The notes under the pieces: generated by a model
What the model was told of the DNA's origin: nothing
What the model saw: only the letters and a program-made list of their open reading frames with translations
Database searches by the model: none
Shown here: positions 9,260 to 19,421 of the stretch, piece after piece
How positions within the stretch are numbered: the first letter of the stretch is position 1
How the letters are laid out: every line of letters starts with the position of its first letter
Position numbers and translations under genes: made by a program
Assembly: GCA_964592915.1 (NCBI GenBank)
Contig: CAZQGH010000001.1
Location: forward strand, 10,544-62,756
Length of the DNA: 52,213 nt
Reading direction: 5' to 3'
Origin: Candidatus Woesearchaeota archaeon
GTDB taxonomy: Archaea > Nanobdellota > Nanobdellia > Pacearchaeales > GW2011-AR1

Positions 9260-9540
9260 GTGGTATATATATGTATATTACACTATATAAATGTTGCTAT
9301 TTTAATTCAGTTGCTATTATTTAAAATCTTAAATATGCATAATTTCAAGTAAGATTATGGAATGGAGAACAAATGGAATGCCTGGATTTTTTGGAAAAAA
9401 CCGGGATGAAAGGTTTGCACTGATTTGGGTTATTTAATTTTGCTGTTTAAATGTGATGAAGCAATTTCTGGTTATGTTCACTTTGCCAAAGATGGATTTG
9501 GAAGCATAGCCCATTGCCTAAAAATAGAATCAGGCAATAT

Positions 9541-9936
9541 TCAATCAATTTTAGAAGAAGTTGAAAAATTAACTGATTTTTTCTGCTTGTAATACAAAAT
9601 TATTCCTGCAACAATTATAATCCCCAATATTGTCAGGAAAGAATTAATGAAATTAATTCTTAACCCAATTAAATTAAGATAAAAAACAAATAACGGGACT
9701 ATTGCTATAGACAATGCAAATGATAAAGCAATTCTCTCAATCACATCAATTTTAGCTGGAGGGAAGAATATATAGCTGATTAAATAGCCAGGTAAAAACA
9801 AAACATATACTGAACCAAAAACAATTCTAAATGATTCCAGCATTGTTAAATTACTGAATAAACCAATTGCAAGGGAAACTAAGACTAGTATTAATACAAT
9901 AATTCCTGTGTATTTTAAGTATTTATTTGGCTTCAT
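9541..9936 (-). CDS. membrane protein, unknown function
   Basis: 131-aa ORF with four hydrophobic helices. Confidence 0.55.
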   Translation of the reverse strand: MKPNKYLKYTGIIVLILVLVSLAIGLFSNLTMLESFRIVFGSVYVLFLPGYLISYIFFPPAKIDVIERIALSFALSIAIVPLFVFYLNLIGLRINFINSFLTILGIIIVAGIILYYKQKKSVNFSTSSKID

Positions 9937-10480
9937 TTTTTATTTTGTCAAGTATTTGAGTAAATTTAGTATATCCTGCTTGTTTATTAAAATGTCCTGC
10001 ATTTTTAATGATATGTAATTCTGCATCTATCTTATCTCTTAATTCATATGCTTTTTCCAAAGGAACATAAGGGTCATTGTCAGAATGAAACATAATAAAT
10101 TCATTGCAGTTTTGCTTTATTTCATCCCAATTGAATTCCTTAGTTGTAAAACTCTTATTGAGATTATCAAATTATTCATTATTTAATAATCCTATAAAAC
10201 CAGAGACAAAATAGCAAGCTTTAACTTTTTTATTTATTTTTTCTAAAACTGATAATATAAATGCTGAACCTAAACTATGCCCTATAAATATTGTATCTTC
10301 ATTTACTTTACTTAAATAATTATCATCAAATAATTTCATCCATTTATCTAAACTCTGGTTTTCAGGTGTGGGAAAATCAGGAACAAAAACCTTAGTTTCT
10401 TGTTCTAATTCTTTTTTTAACCAGGGAAACCAATTCTCATTTGCTTTTCCATAAGTTCCGTGAATAATAAAGAAGTTCAT
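9923..10480 (-). pseudogene. alpha/beta serine hydrolase (YdeN/RBBP9-like) interrupted by one in-frame TAA
   Basis: The N-terminal part carries GHSLGS and the C-terminal part carries FHSDNDPYVP...NAGHF. Both lie in one frame, separated only by TAA at 10172-10174. The total of 558 nt equals 186 codons. Confidence 0.75.
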
Positions 10481-10482
10481 TT

Positions 10483-10914
10483 TTATGCGCTTTCCTCCTT
10501 TTTTTCTCCCCCATCTTCCTCTGATTCATCTTCTTCTAATACTAATAAGGACAACAATACTATCAATATTCCTGCTATAATACTTATCAACCATGACAAC
10601 CAGTTTAATTCTGAGGTTTTGAACTTAATAATTATAAAACCTGCTAATCCTAAAAATGATATAAAAATATAATCTTTTTTTGTTATTTCTTTATCCTGAT
10701 TTTTTGGTTTAGGATGTTCTGAAAAAACATCTATAATTCCCGTTAAAATTACAGCAATTAACAAATAATTCAGGTTTAAGTAAACAGAAACTAATCCTTG
10801 CCAGATTTGTTCTAATAATAACAAGACTAAATATGTAACCAACAGGGTTTGAAAGAGATGATTAACTAGTGAAGCATAATGTCCTTTTATCAGGTTTTTA
10901 TTTTTCTCTGCCAT
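10483..10914 (-). CDS. membrane protein with acidic C-terminal tail
   Basis: 143-aa ORF with four TM segments, ending EEDESEEDGGEKKEESA. Confidence 0.55.
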   Translation of the reverse strand: MAEKNKNLIKGHYASLVNHLFQTLLVTYLVLLLLEQIWQGLVSVYLNLNYLLIAVILTGIIDVFSEHPKPKNQDKEITKKDYIFISFLGLAGFIIIKFKTSELNWLSWLISIIAGILIVLLSLLVLEEDESEEDGGEKKEESA

Positions 10915-10917
10915 TTT

Positions 10918-12615
10918 TCATATCCACTCCAATTTCTCCAGCAAGCCGGGTTTGTAAACACTTATGTTAATCCAGTCTATAGGTATTGTGTAGTTTTTAT
11001 ACTGTTCATTTGACAAGTGAGGAATATTAAATACTAAGTTTAATTTGTTATCTTTAATTACCAATTCATCTTCATTGATGTTAAATTGTGTTTCAGTTAT
11101 AATCCATTTATCAGTTCCTTTATCTCTTTCAGGTTGTTCATAATCTGTAACTATATAATCAACATTTTTCATCATCCAGCCCCAGTCCCTAATTCCCACG
11201 ATAGTTTGCTTAAATGGTTTGAAATAATTTTCTTTGGAAAATGACAAGTATGAAGGAGATGAAATGATTATGTCATTTTCATTCACAATTATGTTATGTT
11301 CTCCTGAGCTTAGATTGGCATAAGTTGCATTAACTCTCTGATTTAATTTTACAATATCCTCATTAATCTGTATGTCCTGAAAAGCAACATCATGCCATGT
11401 TCTGAATGCTAATTGAATCGGTCTTGATGTTTCAGCATATAATTTTGCTTTTTTATAAGTCAAATTAAGAAAAATAGTATTATCTGCTAAATATAACTCC
11501 TCTGAAACTATTTTGTTTGTATTGATTTTAATTTCTCTTATTAATCCGTCAAAATCTGAAAAAACCAGTTTATATGTTCCTTGTTCCAGATTGTTCACCT
11601 CTAAACTTCCTGACTGCATTTCAGGAATTTCTCTGGATACTATATCAATGCCGTCATCTTCAATAGTTGTGTTGGCAATCAATTCATCATTCAGGTCATA
11701 TAATGAAATTGATAGTTCATCTGAATTATCATACCAGTTTATGTCCTGCTTTTTCACTTCTAAATTCAGATTGCCTGATGTGTAAATATAAAATTCGTGT
11801 CCTCCCCTTAAGGTTGTGTTAATAATTGTTTCTTTGTTTTCATAATCAATAATATTTGGTATAGGTTTGATTTTTTTATCTGTTGCAATTACAGCCTGTT
11901 TATTTAGCAGATTATCAAAATCAGTTAATTCTTTTTCAGGATTAACTAAATACACATTATCTTTTTTTGGCAATGATTTTAAATTATTTAATTCAGGATT
12001 ATAAATTAAATTCCATAAATAATGCCATTCCTGCCTGTCTTTAGCTCCCAAACTTAATACTGAGTCAGGAAAATTATCCTTCAATTTAGTCTGTATTGTT
12101 AGTGATTCAGTTCCCCTTGGTATTGGAACATCAAAGTATACTAATGAAGAGGTTAAATTTTTAACCTCGGTATTGCCTAAAACAAATGCTCCTGTTATTC
12201 TTGAAAGAGGAGATAAATAATTTGAATCAGAATCAATATCATAGAAATAATTGAATTCCTGAGAAATTAAAAAATTAATAGTAAGCAAGTATAATAATAT
12301 CATAACAGGAATCAGTATGATGATTATTTTTAACACTCTGACATGCTTTGGTTCTGTAATGAAGTCTTTAGCTTTCTGGTAATCCTCTCTTATTATCTCT
12401 ATTATTGTTTCTTCTTCTGCTTCATTTTTCAGTTTATCAATCTGCTTTTTGTATTTTTCAACATCTTTTGTTAATTTTCTGACTTTATCTTCAGCTTTAA
12501 ATTTCTTCTTTACTTTATCTTTGTAACTTTTAGAATAATCCAGATTTTTACCCTCTTTTTTATCATTCCCTGTATTTTCTTTGTTATTAGAGTTGTTTTG
12601 ATTGTCAGTTTTCAT
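10918..12615 (-). CDS. large membrane-anchored extracytoplasmic protein
   Basis: Lys/Glu-rich N-terminus, a single TM (VLKIIIILIPVMILLYLL) and a ~420-aa external domain. The start is taken at the internal MKTDNQ, which overlaps the upstream stop by 11 nt. Confidence 0.65.
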   Translation of the reverse strand: MKTDNQNNSNNKENTGNDKKEGKNLDYSKSYKDKVKKKFKAEDKVRKLTKDVEKYKKQIDKLKNEAEEETIIEIIREDYQKAKDFITEPKHVRVLKIIIILIPVMILLYLLTINFLISQEFNYFYDIDSDSNYLSPLSRITGAFVLGNTEVKNLTSSLVYFDVPIPRGTESLTIQTKLKDNFPDSVLSLGAKDRQEWHYLWNLIYNPELNNLKSLPKKDNVYLVNPEKELTDFDNLLNKQAVIATDKKIKPIPNIIDYENKETIINTTLRGGHEFYIYTSGNLNLEVKKQDINWYDNSDELSISLYDLNDELIANTTIEDDGIDIVSREIPEMQSGSLEVNNLEQGTYKLVFSDFDGLIREIKINTNKIVSEELYLADNTIFLNLTYKKAKLYAETSRPIQLAFRTWHDVAFQDIQINEDIVKLNQRVNATYANLSSGEHNIIVNENDIIISSPSYLSFSKENYFKPFKQTIVGIRDWGWMMKNVDYIVTDYEQPERDKGTDKWIITETQFNINEDELVIKDNKLNLVFNIPHLSNEQYKNYTIPIDWINISVYKPGLLEKLEWI

Positions 12616-14281
12616 TTTTACAAGTATATTTGTAGATAAAATTGTCTCCTTTTTGCTCATATATTTCAAAACAGGTGTTATTAAAAGGTTTATTGCCTGC
12701 AAATAAATATATTGGTTTGTTATAATAAGATACTAATTTCATTGTCTTAAATTTATCTGTATTGCTCCAAAATTCATTCCACTCTCTTTCGCTCCATAAA
12801 TCATCATCAAATAACCCCGGAGCTATGGTTTTTCTGTTTGAATAAGCTAAAACAAATGGTGAATATTCAGATGTTAATACCATGACAGATGAATTTATAG
12901 AAGTATCATTTAATTCTGTTATTAATTCCAATTGTTCTTGCGTAATTCCTGGTTTTGCAGAATTAGCTTCCTGATATAATACTACTGATGATGAAACCAG
13001 CATTACAATCATTATGATTATCCCGAATTTCTTTTTTGTCTGGATTAATACTGTGAATCCAACTGATGCTAATATTATTAAAACAATATCCAAATGAATA
13101 ATAAATCTGTTATAAAAAAAGAACTGAAAATAGACTATTATTGCATTTATTAAACACCAGTAAAAAAGCATATTAAATTTCTTTTTTGCAACTAAATAAA
13201 AAAATCCTAAGATTGAAAAAGGAAGATAAAACAATATAGAAAACTGGTATGATAAAAATGATATAAATGTTCCTGGCGCCTCTCCAGTATTGACAAAGCT
13301 TGATAATACCGGTTTGAACATTGTTGTGATTGCTTTAGAGAATTTGCCCAAATAAAACAAGCTCGAAAATATGATTATTAAAGAACCATTGACAATGTTA
13401 TCGCTTAATTTTTTTAAATCATATTTATATCTGAATTTTTTGCCGTTTTTTTGTATTGGATTTAAAAAAGCAAAAGCAAAATATGACAAACCAAATATAT
13501 AGAATGTTGGTCTGTGGATAGAGCCCAATAATGAAGCAAATATGATAAACATAATTCTTTTATTGTCTTTTAAAAAATATAATGCCCATAACATACAAAT
13601 TAATCCTATTACATTTTTATAATACATATATGCAAAAACTTTAAACTGAATAATAGAAACTGCAAATATTAGTAATGAAATTAAAGCTATTTCTTTATTA
13701 AAATATTTTTTAGTAACAAAGTAGAGAGAAATCCCTAATAATACATAAAATAAAATAAACAGCCATGTGAGTATAACATTAGTTGGCAAGAATTTGAATA
13801 ACTGCATTAAATAAAGAAATCCGGGCTCCATTCCCTGCAAAATCCAGTTATCTAAATTAGACAAAGAAGATTCAATTGCATATTTGTATAATCCTGTATC
13901 ATAACCTAAAGGAATTGAATTATTAAAATAAGGCATGGCTTTGAAAAAAAATATCATGAATACTGCAATTAAGAATATTCTTGAATACGCATCAGGATTT
14001 TTTATTATCCGCTTGTATTTTTCTGAAGATTCATAACCATCATGCTCAGAATCATAATCGTAATCGGGATTTTCTATTGATTTTAAATCAAATTTTCTTT
14101 TATGAATAACTGATATTCCCAGTATTGCAATTATCAAACCCAGTATATTAAAATACAGTGCATATTTGCTTAGAAACCCCAGAACAATCAAAACAGTTAT
14201 CACAGAATAAACAACCAGCAGCTGATAAAAGCTGTTTTCAGCTATTTCTCTTAAACTTTTATTCCCTTTTTTCTGTTCCAT
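12605..14281 (-). CDS. polytopic membrane protein, GT-C-like glycosyltransferase architecture (tentative)
   Basis: More than 10 hydrophobic helices plus a C-terminal soluble domain. The function is inferred from architecture only. Confidence 0.55.
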   Translation of the reverse strand: MEQKKGNKSLREIAENSFYQLLVVYSVITVLIVLGFLSKYALYFNILGLIIAILGISVIHKRKFDLKSIENPDYDYDSEHDGYESSEKYKRIIKNPDAYSRIFLIAVFMIFFFKAMPYFNNSIPLGYDTGLYKYAIESSLSNLDNWILQGMEPGFLYLMQLFKFLPTNVILTWLFILFYVLLGISLYFVTKKYFNKEIALISLLIFAVSIIQFKVFAYMYYKNVIGLICMLWALYFLKDNKRIMFIIFASLLGSIHRPTFYIFGLSYFAFAFLNPIQKNGKKFRYKYDLKKLSDNIVNGSLIIIFSSLFYLGKFSKAITTMFKPVLSSFVNTGEAPGTFISFLSYQFSILFYLPFSILGFFYLVAKKKFNMLFYWCLINAIIVYFQFFFYNRFIIHLDIVLIILASVGFTVLIQTKKKFGIIIMIVMLVSSSVVLYQEANSAKPGITQEQLELITELNDTSINSSVMVLTSEYSPFVLAYSNRKTIAPGLFDDDLWSEREWNEFWSNTDKFKTMKLVSYYNKPIYLFAGNKPFNNTCFEIYEQKGDNFIYKYTCKNEN

Positions 14282-14363
14282 TATTATAGAATTTATAATA
14301 TACTGAGATATAAAAGCATTATTGCATTATATTTATTAATTAAAACAGATATTAAATTAAGAT

Positions 14364-14701
14364 TTAAAACCCATTAAAACCAATTTTAATCAAGATATTC
14401 TTTATTTCATTAATGGCTTTTTGCTGGGATTTTTTATCAGACATTCTTACAAACTTGATTAATAAATCAGCTAATGATTTCTTATCAAGAACATTTAATT
14501 TGTGCCCATCTGTGATAAAATAGAATCTGAAAGATTTATACTTTAATTCTTTAATCATTATCCCTCCTACTTGCCCTGATAATTTACTTTTTTTGTGTTT
14601 TCTTCAAGGGTTTCCAGCAAATCAATTATTTTATGAGCCTCTCCTTTAACCTTTTTTTGAATTTCCAAAAATAAAGAACGGATTATTTGGACTTTTGCCA
14701 T
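14364..14701 (-). pseudogene. HigB/RelE (Gp49-like) toxin gene, frameshifted at an A7 run
   Basis: The N-terminal 44 codons from ATG 14701 and the C-terminal ORF 14364-14558 are homologous to the intact paralog at 48628-48966. The frames rejoin if the A7 run (14588-14594) gains one A, giving 339 nt, the same length as the paralog. Confidence 0.75.
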
Positions 14702-14895
14702 TTTTTATCTAATTCTTTTCTTGCTTCATCAATTGAAAGATATCCTTCATCAGACATTAAGAATTCTTTTATCTGCTCTTTTACAGCTAGATTGTAAATC
14801 CTTTTAAGAATATCCTCATAGCTTTCCCCTTTTAATCCAAAAGATGCTATTTTCTTTTTTGTTTCCTTACTTAATTGAATTGTAGTTATATCCAT
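14683..14895 (-). CDS. RHH-like antitoxin (paralog of 48954-49160)
   Basis: MDITTIQLSKETKKKIASFGLKGESYEDILKRIY aligns with METTTIALPKKLQEELKEFGNKGESYSEILERLL. It overlaps the toxin start. Confidence 0.7.
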   Translation of the reverse strand: MDITTIQLSKETKKKIASFGLKGESYEDILKRIYNLAVKEQIKEFLMSDEGYLSIDEARKELDKKWQKSK

Positions 14896-14980
14896 TTTCT
14901 ATATCTCCTATAGATACTATATAATCTATAGTTTATACGCTTTTCTAAAGGAAATTCTAAAATATACAGAAAGCATTAGC

Positions 14981-15286
14981 TTAGTGAGGATAAACAATTT
15001 CTCCAATAACAAACAATATTGCAGATAAGCTGATTAAAACTGACAAGAAAACAAATATGCATCTTTCCCTGTGAAATATGCTTATTAATCCGGTAATAAA
15101 TGATGCAATTCCGCAAATTACTGCCAAAGAAAATGGGATTGATAAATACAAGTTATCAAAATAATTTTCTCCTCCTGTCTGTCCTGATAAAACAAATATA
15201 TTAAATATAAATAAAAATATGGCAAATGCAACCATAAATCTAACTGAATAATTTCCTAATTCTGTTTCAGGGACTAATAAGCTCAT
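14981..15286 (-). CDS. small membrane protein
   Basis: 101-aa ORF with three TM helices. Confidence 0.5.
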   Translation of the reverse strand: MSLLVPETELGNYSVRFMVAFAIFLFIFNIFVLSGQTGGENYFDNLYLSIPFSLAVICGIASFITGLISIFHRERCIFVFLSVLISLSAILFVIGEIVYPH

Positions 15287-15304
15287 CTTGTTTTTTTATG
15301 AATT

Positions 15305-15916
15305 TTAAAACTGATCATTAGATTGTGAAATAAGCTCGATTAACTCATCTGCCTGTTCTTCAGTTTCTATCTCTGTATTTAATCTGTTCTCTAAATTAGC
15401 TAATAAAGTTTTAACTCCCTGGTTTGTTAAAGTGCCATCAGCTGAAGTTACTGGCTCATTATTCTTAATAAAAGTTAATTCATTATCATATATCCAAATT
15501 CCCCCAATTGCTTCTGTGTTATGAAAATCCTGGTTGATTAAACCTGGATAAGCTCCTTTATAGATCTCAGGATTAAATCCTTCAATTGGAACTGCTCCTA
15601 AATTCTCTGTTCCTTTTTGCCATAACTGTTCAGCAAAATAATCTTCAACACTATTTCCATTCCCTTCTTCATTATCATTTATTCCATCATCTAAATCATC
15701 AATTTCCTCAACATAGGTTACTCCATTATGCATGCATTGTCTTGGGTAAGATTCCATAACAGGATTTCCAGCTGCAACACATGACTCAAAATCATTTATT
15801 TCATTTACAATTCCATTCTGAGATGGATAATTTGTAAATAAAACTGCAATTAATACAATTATTGATAACAAAACAATTCCGAGAATCACAAGAATCAAAA
15901 TCATACTTTTTTTCAT
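15305..15916 (-). CDS. membrane-anchored secreted protein, unknown function
   Basis: N-terminal anchor (MILILVILGIVLLSIIVLIAVLF) followed by an acidic soluble domain. Confidence 0.6.
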   Translation of the reverse strand: MKKSMILILVILGIVLLSIIVLIAVLFTNYPSQNGIVNEINDFESCVAAGNPVMESYPRQCMHNGVTYVEEIDDLDDGINDNEEGNGNSVEDYFAEQLWQKGTENLGAVPIEGFNPEIYKGAYPGLINQDFHNTEAIGGIWIYDNELTFIKNNEPVTSADGTLTNQGVKTLLANLENRLNTEIETEEQADELIELISQSNDQF

Positions 15917-15988
15917 ATATAATTATATTGATTCTGATTTATAAATTTATTTAGTTATTTTTATATAATATTTTTATGTATTTAAAAA

Positions 15989-16204
15989 TTAAAAAGAACC
16001 AATCAACTGTAATAAAAAACCAATACAAAGAAGTGCAAGCCAAAAGACATTTCTTTTTAGCTTACTTTTATTTTGCTTTTGCTGTTTCTTATATAGTTGA
16101 ACAACTCTTCCTGACACATCTTTATGAGATTCTATTAAAGTTTGAATTGCCCACCCCAAACTTGCAATAAATGTTAATCCCAAACCAATTTGACTAATAT
16201 TCAT
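15989..16204 (-). CDS. small membrane protein (tentative)
   Basis: 71-aa ORF with two hydrophobic segments flanking a basic loop. It competes with the overlapping plus-strand ORF 15976-16170. Confidence 0.35.
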   Translation of the reverse strand: MNISQIGLGLTFIASLGWAIQTLIESHKDVSGRVVQLYKKQQKQNKSKLKRNVFWLALLCIGFLLQLIGSF

Positions 16205-16327
16205 TATATTTTTAAATGATATAATTAATGCAATTAAAATAATAGCAATAATAAATTATTTTTTTATTAACGATTATCTTTATTTAGTTTTATCAGTCCC
16301 AGGTTTATGCTTAATTAGAATATAACC

Positions 16328-16792
16328 TTAAATGTTTTGATTAACAATTTTTCTATAATCTTTTATTTCCTTTTCATTTAAATTTGAAACAATTTCATCA
16401 AAATTTGATACAAATATTTTAGCTTCCTTGAGCATTTCTTTTATTTTTTCTTCTTGTTCTGTTTTCATATAATATTGGGCATCTATTCTTTTTTCTTTAT
16501 GTGAATTTATTGTTTTTATTAACTTCTCTCCTAAAAGCAATCCTACAGTTAAAATAGAACATGAATGATTCTCGCATTTGACTCCTATTTTTTGAAGAAA
16601 AGAATAAAGGGAATAATATTCAGCATAATAAATTGCAACAGTTGACCATAGAAAATCTTTGTCATCTAGGTCTTTTTCTGCTTTTAATAAAGAAGATTTA
16701 GCTTGTTCAAGATAAGATTTTGCCAATCTATCATTTGGCTCAAGAATTTTCAATCCACCTTTCAGTTTAGAACACCAGCTTAATTTACCCAT
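16328..16792 (-). CDS. HEPN-domain protein (MNT/HEPN module)
   Basis: Helical 154-aa protein with KRIDAQYY. It overlaps the upstream NTase gene by 8 nt. Confidence 0.65.
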   Translation of the reverse strand: MGKLSWCSKLKGGLKILEPNDRLAKSYLEQAKSSLLKAEKDLDDKDFLWSTVAIYYAEYYSLYSFLQKIGVKCENHSCSILTVGLLLGEKLIKTINSHKEKRIDAQYYMKTEQEEKIKEMLKEAKIFVSNFDEIVSNLNEKEIKDYRKIVNQNI

Positions 16793-17354
16793 AATAATCC
16801 CACATTATATTTATGTAAGAAGAGTGATTATTCAATATTATATGATTTTCTTCTATTTCTTTTATAATATTTTCTTGATTCGCTATGGCTTCTCTAAAAG
16901 AATCTTCTGTTAAAGTTATTTTATGAATTTCATAAGGTAGCAAATGCATAGGCAATTTACTATCTGGAATAATGAATATGTCTAAGTCAGATTCTTTATC
17001 TGCCTTAAATTTAGCAAAACTTCCGAAAATTACAATAATAGAGTTTGTACTGAGAGATTTTACAAAAATCTTGAATTGAGGATATTTTTCTAAAAATTTC
17101 TCAGTCTTATTAATCTCTGCCTTTAATAAGTAAGATTTTGTATGAATATTATCTAAGTTTAGACTAAAATATTTATTTTTTCCTTCTTTTTTGCTTTTTA
17201 ATATTTTTTCTTTTTCAAGGATTTTAAGAATATTTTGGCATGTTTTAAGTGGCAATTTAGCAAGTCTGCTTATTTGTCTTAAATAAAATCGAGAGTTATA
17301 ATTACCAGTATAAAGAGAGATTACTTCAAGTTTTTTGTTTCTTTTTTGATACAT
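16785..17354 (-). CDS. wHTH-nucleotidyltransferase (MNT)
   Basis: wHTH region (FYLRQISRLAKLPLKTCQNILKILEKEKIL) followed by FGSFAKFKADKESDLDIFII. Confidence 0.7.
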   Translation of the reverse strand: MYQKRNKKLEVISLYTGNYNSRFYLRQISRLAKLPLKTCQNILKILEKEKILKSKKEGKNKYFSLNLDNIHTKSYLLKAEINKTEKFLEKYPQFKIFVKSLSTNSIIVIFGSFAKFKADKESDLDIFIIPDSKLPMHLLPYEIHKITLTEDSFREAIANQENIIKEIEENHIILNNHSSYINIMWDYYG

Positions 17355-17378
17355 ACGTATACTTTTAGATACGATAGT

Positions 17379-18329
17379 TTATAAATTTTTTGTTTTTTCT
17401 TGCATTTCAGGTTCATGCTTAATCAATACATAAGAAAAAATAGGTCCTAATATTAATAACACTAGAAATGATACTGCTCTACCTAATAAAGCAGCTGTCA
17501 AGCTCTGATATGAGGTTATGCCGATAGTTAAAGCTGAGAAAACAATTATTGCTTCTGAAACTCCTAAATTAGCTGGTGTTAATTGTATTAATAATGATAA
17601 TGAACCAATGCAAGATAAGAATAAGCAGGAAAAATAACTAATATCAATTCCAAATACTCTGAACTGCAAGAATAATGCCAGAGAAGACAATAATAACTGG
17701 GATAATGATATAATAATAACAATAGATATAACTTTAGTATTGTTCTTTATTAAATGCCAGCCATTTACAACTTTTATAAATTTGTTAATAAACTCTGATT
17801 TTGCATAAGGAAATTTTGGAGCAAATATTACAATTAGCAACATGGGTATGAACACACCTGAAAATATCAAAAACAAAATCCAGGAAAATATTCCTGTTTG
17901 GTAATAAATGATTAGTGTTGAAATAATTCCAACTACTGAAGCAACTAAAAATATCAGTATGTAAGATGCAGCTAAAGTAGAGAAAAAATTTGTATATGAA
18001 AAATTATATTTTTTCTTTAAGTAAACTCCACGAGCAAACATGCCTCCTCTGAAGGGCATTATTAAGTTGTAAAATCCTGTAACTATTGAAATCATAAATG
18101 ATTCTTTTAATCCTAATTTGACTCCTAATGGAAGAAGCAGATTCAGAGTTACAATTCCAATTAAAAAATAATTGAACAAAAACAAAGCAATTAAAATAAT
18201 AAGAAGATAAGGAGAAACTAATTTTAATTGCTGAAAATTCTGGTAATTATTTTTCAAATAAAAAACAAAAAATACCAATATAACTATCAGTATTAATATT
18301 GAGAATATCTTTTTTGTTTTTTTATTCAT
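17379..18329 (-). CDS. polytopic membrane protein, UPF0104/LPG-synthase-TM (flippase-like) family (tentative)
   Basis: 316-aa ORF with about 8 TM helices and the typical basic N-terminus. The family call is by architecture and motif feel only. Confidence 0.5.
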   Translation of the reverse strand: MNKKTKKIFSILILIVILVFFVFYLKNNYQNFQQLKLVSPYLLIILIALFLFNYFLIGIVTLNLLLPLGVKLGLKESFMISIVTGFYNLIMPFRGGMFARGVYLKKKYNFSYTNFFSTLAASYILIFLVASVVGIISTLIIYYQTGIFSWILFLIFSGVFIPMLLIVIFAPKFPYAKSEFINKFIKVVNGWHLIKNNTKVISIVIIISLSQLLLSSLALFLQFRVFGIDISYFSCLFLSCIGSLSLLIQLTPANLGVSEAIIVFSALTIGITSYQSLTAALLGRAVSFLVLLILGPIFSYVLIKHEPEMQEKTKNL

Positions 18330-18730
18330 CTTGTTATTTTTATATGGTTTTTTTGTTTATAAATTTGTTTTTTGAGGTTTTTGTAAATTTTTAACTTACA
18401 AATATATGAAAAAAGACTATTCAGATGAGGTTAAATCACTAACTGATAAGTATAAAAAAAGAGATTTAAAGAGGGTAAAATAGTTGAGAAATTGCAAATT
18501 GCAAATAATTCTTAAGATTTTATAGGGGTTGGAGCTGATTAAAACTGACTTCATATTTTGTAAGTAAGGGGCATATGTCCCTAAACCGCACGAAGAAATG
18601 ATGCATATGTTTAAAAAGGATCAAATATTTCTCTTTTTATAATTAGGTATTTCATGCTTGTTATTAACAGATTGTTGAGGTTCAGGTTTGAGGAATTCTA
18701 GTTAAATTAAATTGAAATGGAGTTAAAAAT

Positions 18731-18967
18731 ATGAGAAACAATAATGGTCCAAAAAGAAATTTTGGCAATAAGGGCGGTTTTAGAAGTTCTGGTGGCGGAG
18801 GAAGAAAAGGCGGATTCAGAAGGAATAATTTTGGTGGTGAGAGGGAAATGCATAAAGCAATATGCTCTGAATGCAAAAAAGAATGCGAAGTTCCTTTTAA
18901 ACCTACTAAAGGCAGACCTGTTTATTGCAAGGAATGTTTTGCTAAGAATAAACCTAAGAGATTTTAA
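18731..18967 (+). CDS. RGG-rich zinc-ribbon nucleic-acid-binding protein
   Basis: N-terminal RGG/GGF-rich region followed by CSECKKECEVPFKPTKGRPVYCKECF (CxxC-x17-CxxC). Confidence 0.75.
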   Translation: MRNNNGPKRNFGNKGGFRSSGGGGRKGGFRRNNFGGEREMHKAICSECKKECEVPFKPTKGRPVYCKECFAKNKPKRF

Positions 18968-19046
18968 AAGTAGTTTGTTCGAGCAAAAACAAATAACTTG
19001 GAGAAAAAAGAAAAAATGATTATAAAATTGAATTAGGAGGTAAAAA

Positions 19047-19241
19047 ATGAAAGGAAAAGTAAAATTTTTCAACAGGATGAAGGAATTTGGATTCATAGCT
19101 GGCGAAGATGGCAAAGAGTATTTTGTTCATAAGTCCGGCTTGAATGAAGGAGTCACTATAGATGAAGAAGATGCTGTTGAATTTGAAGTTGAACAAGGAG
19201 ACCGAGGTCCAAAAGCTGTAAAAGTAAGCAAGTCAGAGTAA
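19047..19241 (+). CDS. csp: cold-shock domain protein
   Basis: GKVKFFNRMKEFGFIAGEDGKEYFVHKSGL, with a strong SD (GGAGGT at 19036-19041) upstream. Confidence 0.9.
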   Translation: MKGKVKFFNRMKEFGFIAGEDGKEYFVHKSGLNEGVTIDEEDAVEFEVEQGDRGPKAVKVSKSE

Positions 19242-19421
19242 TATTCTGTTAATTTCTAGTAAACTTATTAATTTATTGTTTTATTAATTTATTCTTGTTA
19301 TTTTTATGAATCTTGCAAATGGAGCTATGTAATAAGTTTCTTTTTTGGTTAGTTTTATTGGTGGTTAAGTTAAATTTATAAAAACAGAAAATTCTAAAAA
19401 GATAAGGCATATATAAACTAT

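Noticed and set aside
9357-9592. Possible gene remnant (MEWRTNGMPGFFGKNRDE... followed in another frame by ...SGYVHFAKDGFGSIAHCLKIESGNIQSILEEVEKL)
   Set aside because: No single indel in the nearby A-run rejoins the two frames. There is no clear start codon, no recognisable family, and the 3' end overlaps gene 9541-9936. Evidence is too weak to annotate.
18330-18730. Replication origin at the minus-to-plus strand-switch intergenic region
   Set aside because: No ORB or mini-ORB-like inverted repeats were seen, no orc1/cdc6 gene is adjacent, and there is only a trivial 7-bp tandem. The long spacer is noted under the csp finding instead.
18682-19114. Overlapping ORFs 18682-18876(-), 18707-19114(-) and 18744-19019(+)
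   Set aside because: They overlap the well-supported RGG zinc-ribbon gene and the csp leader, and their products are low-complexity shadow frames.
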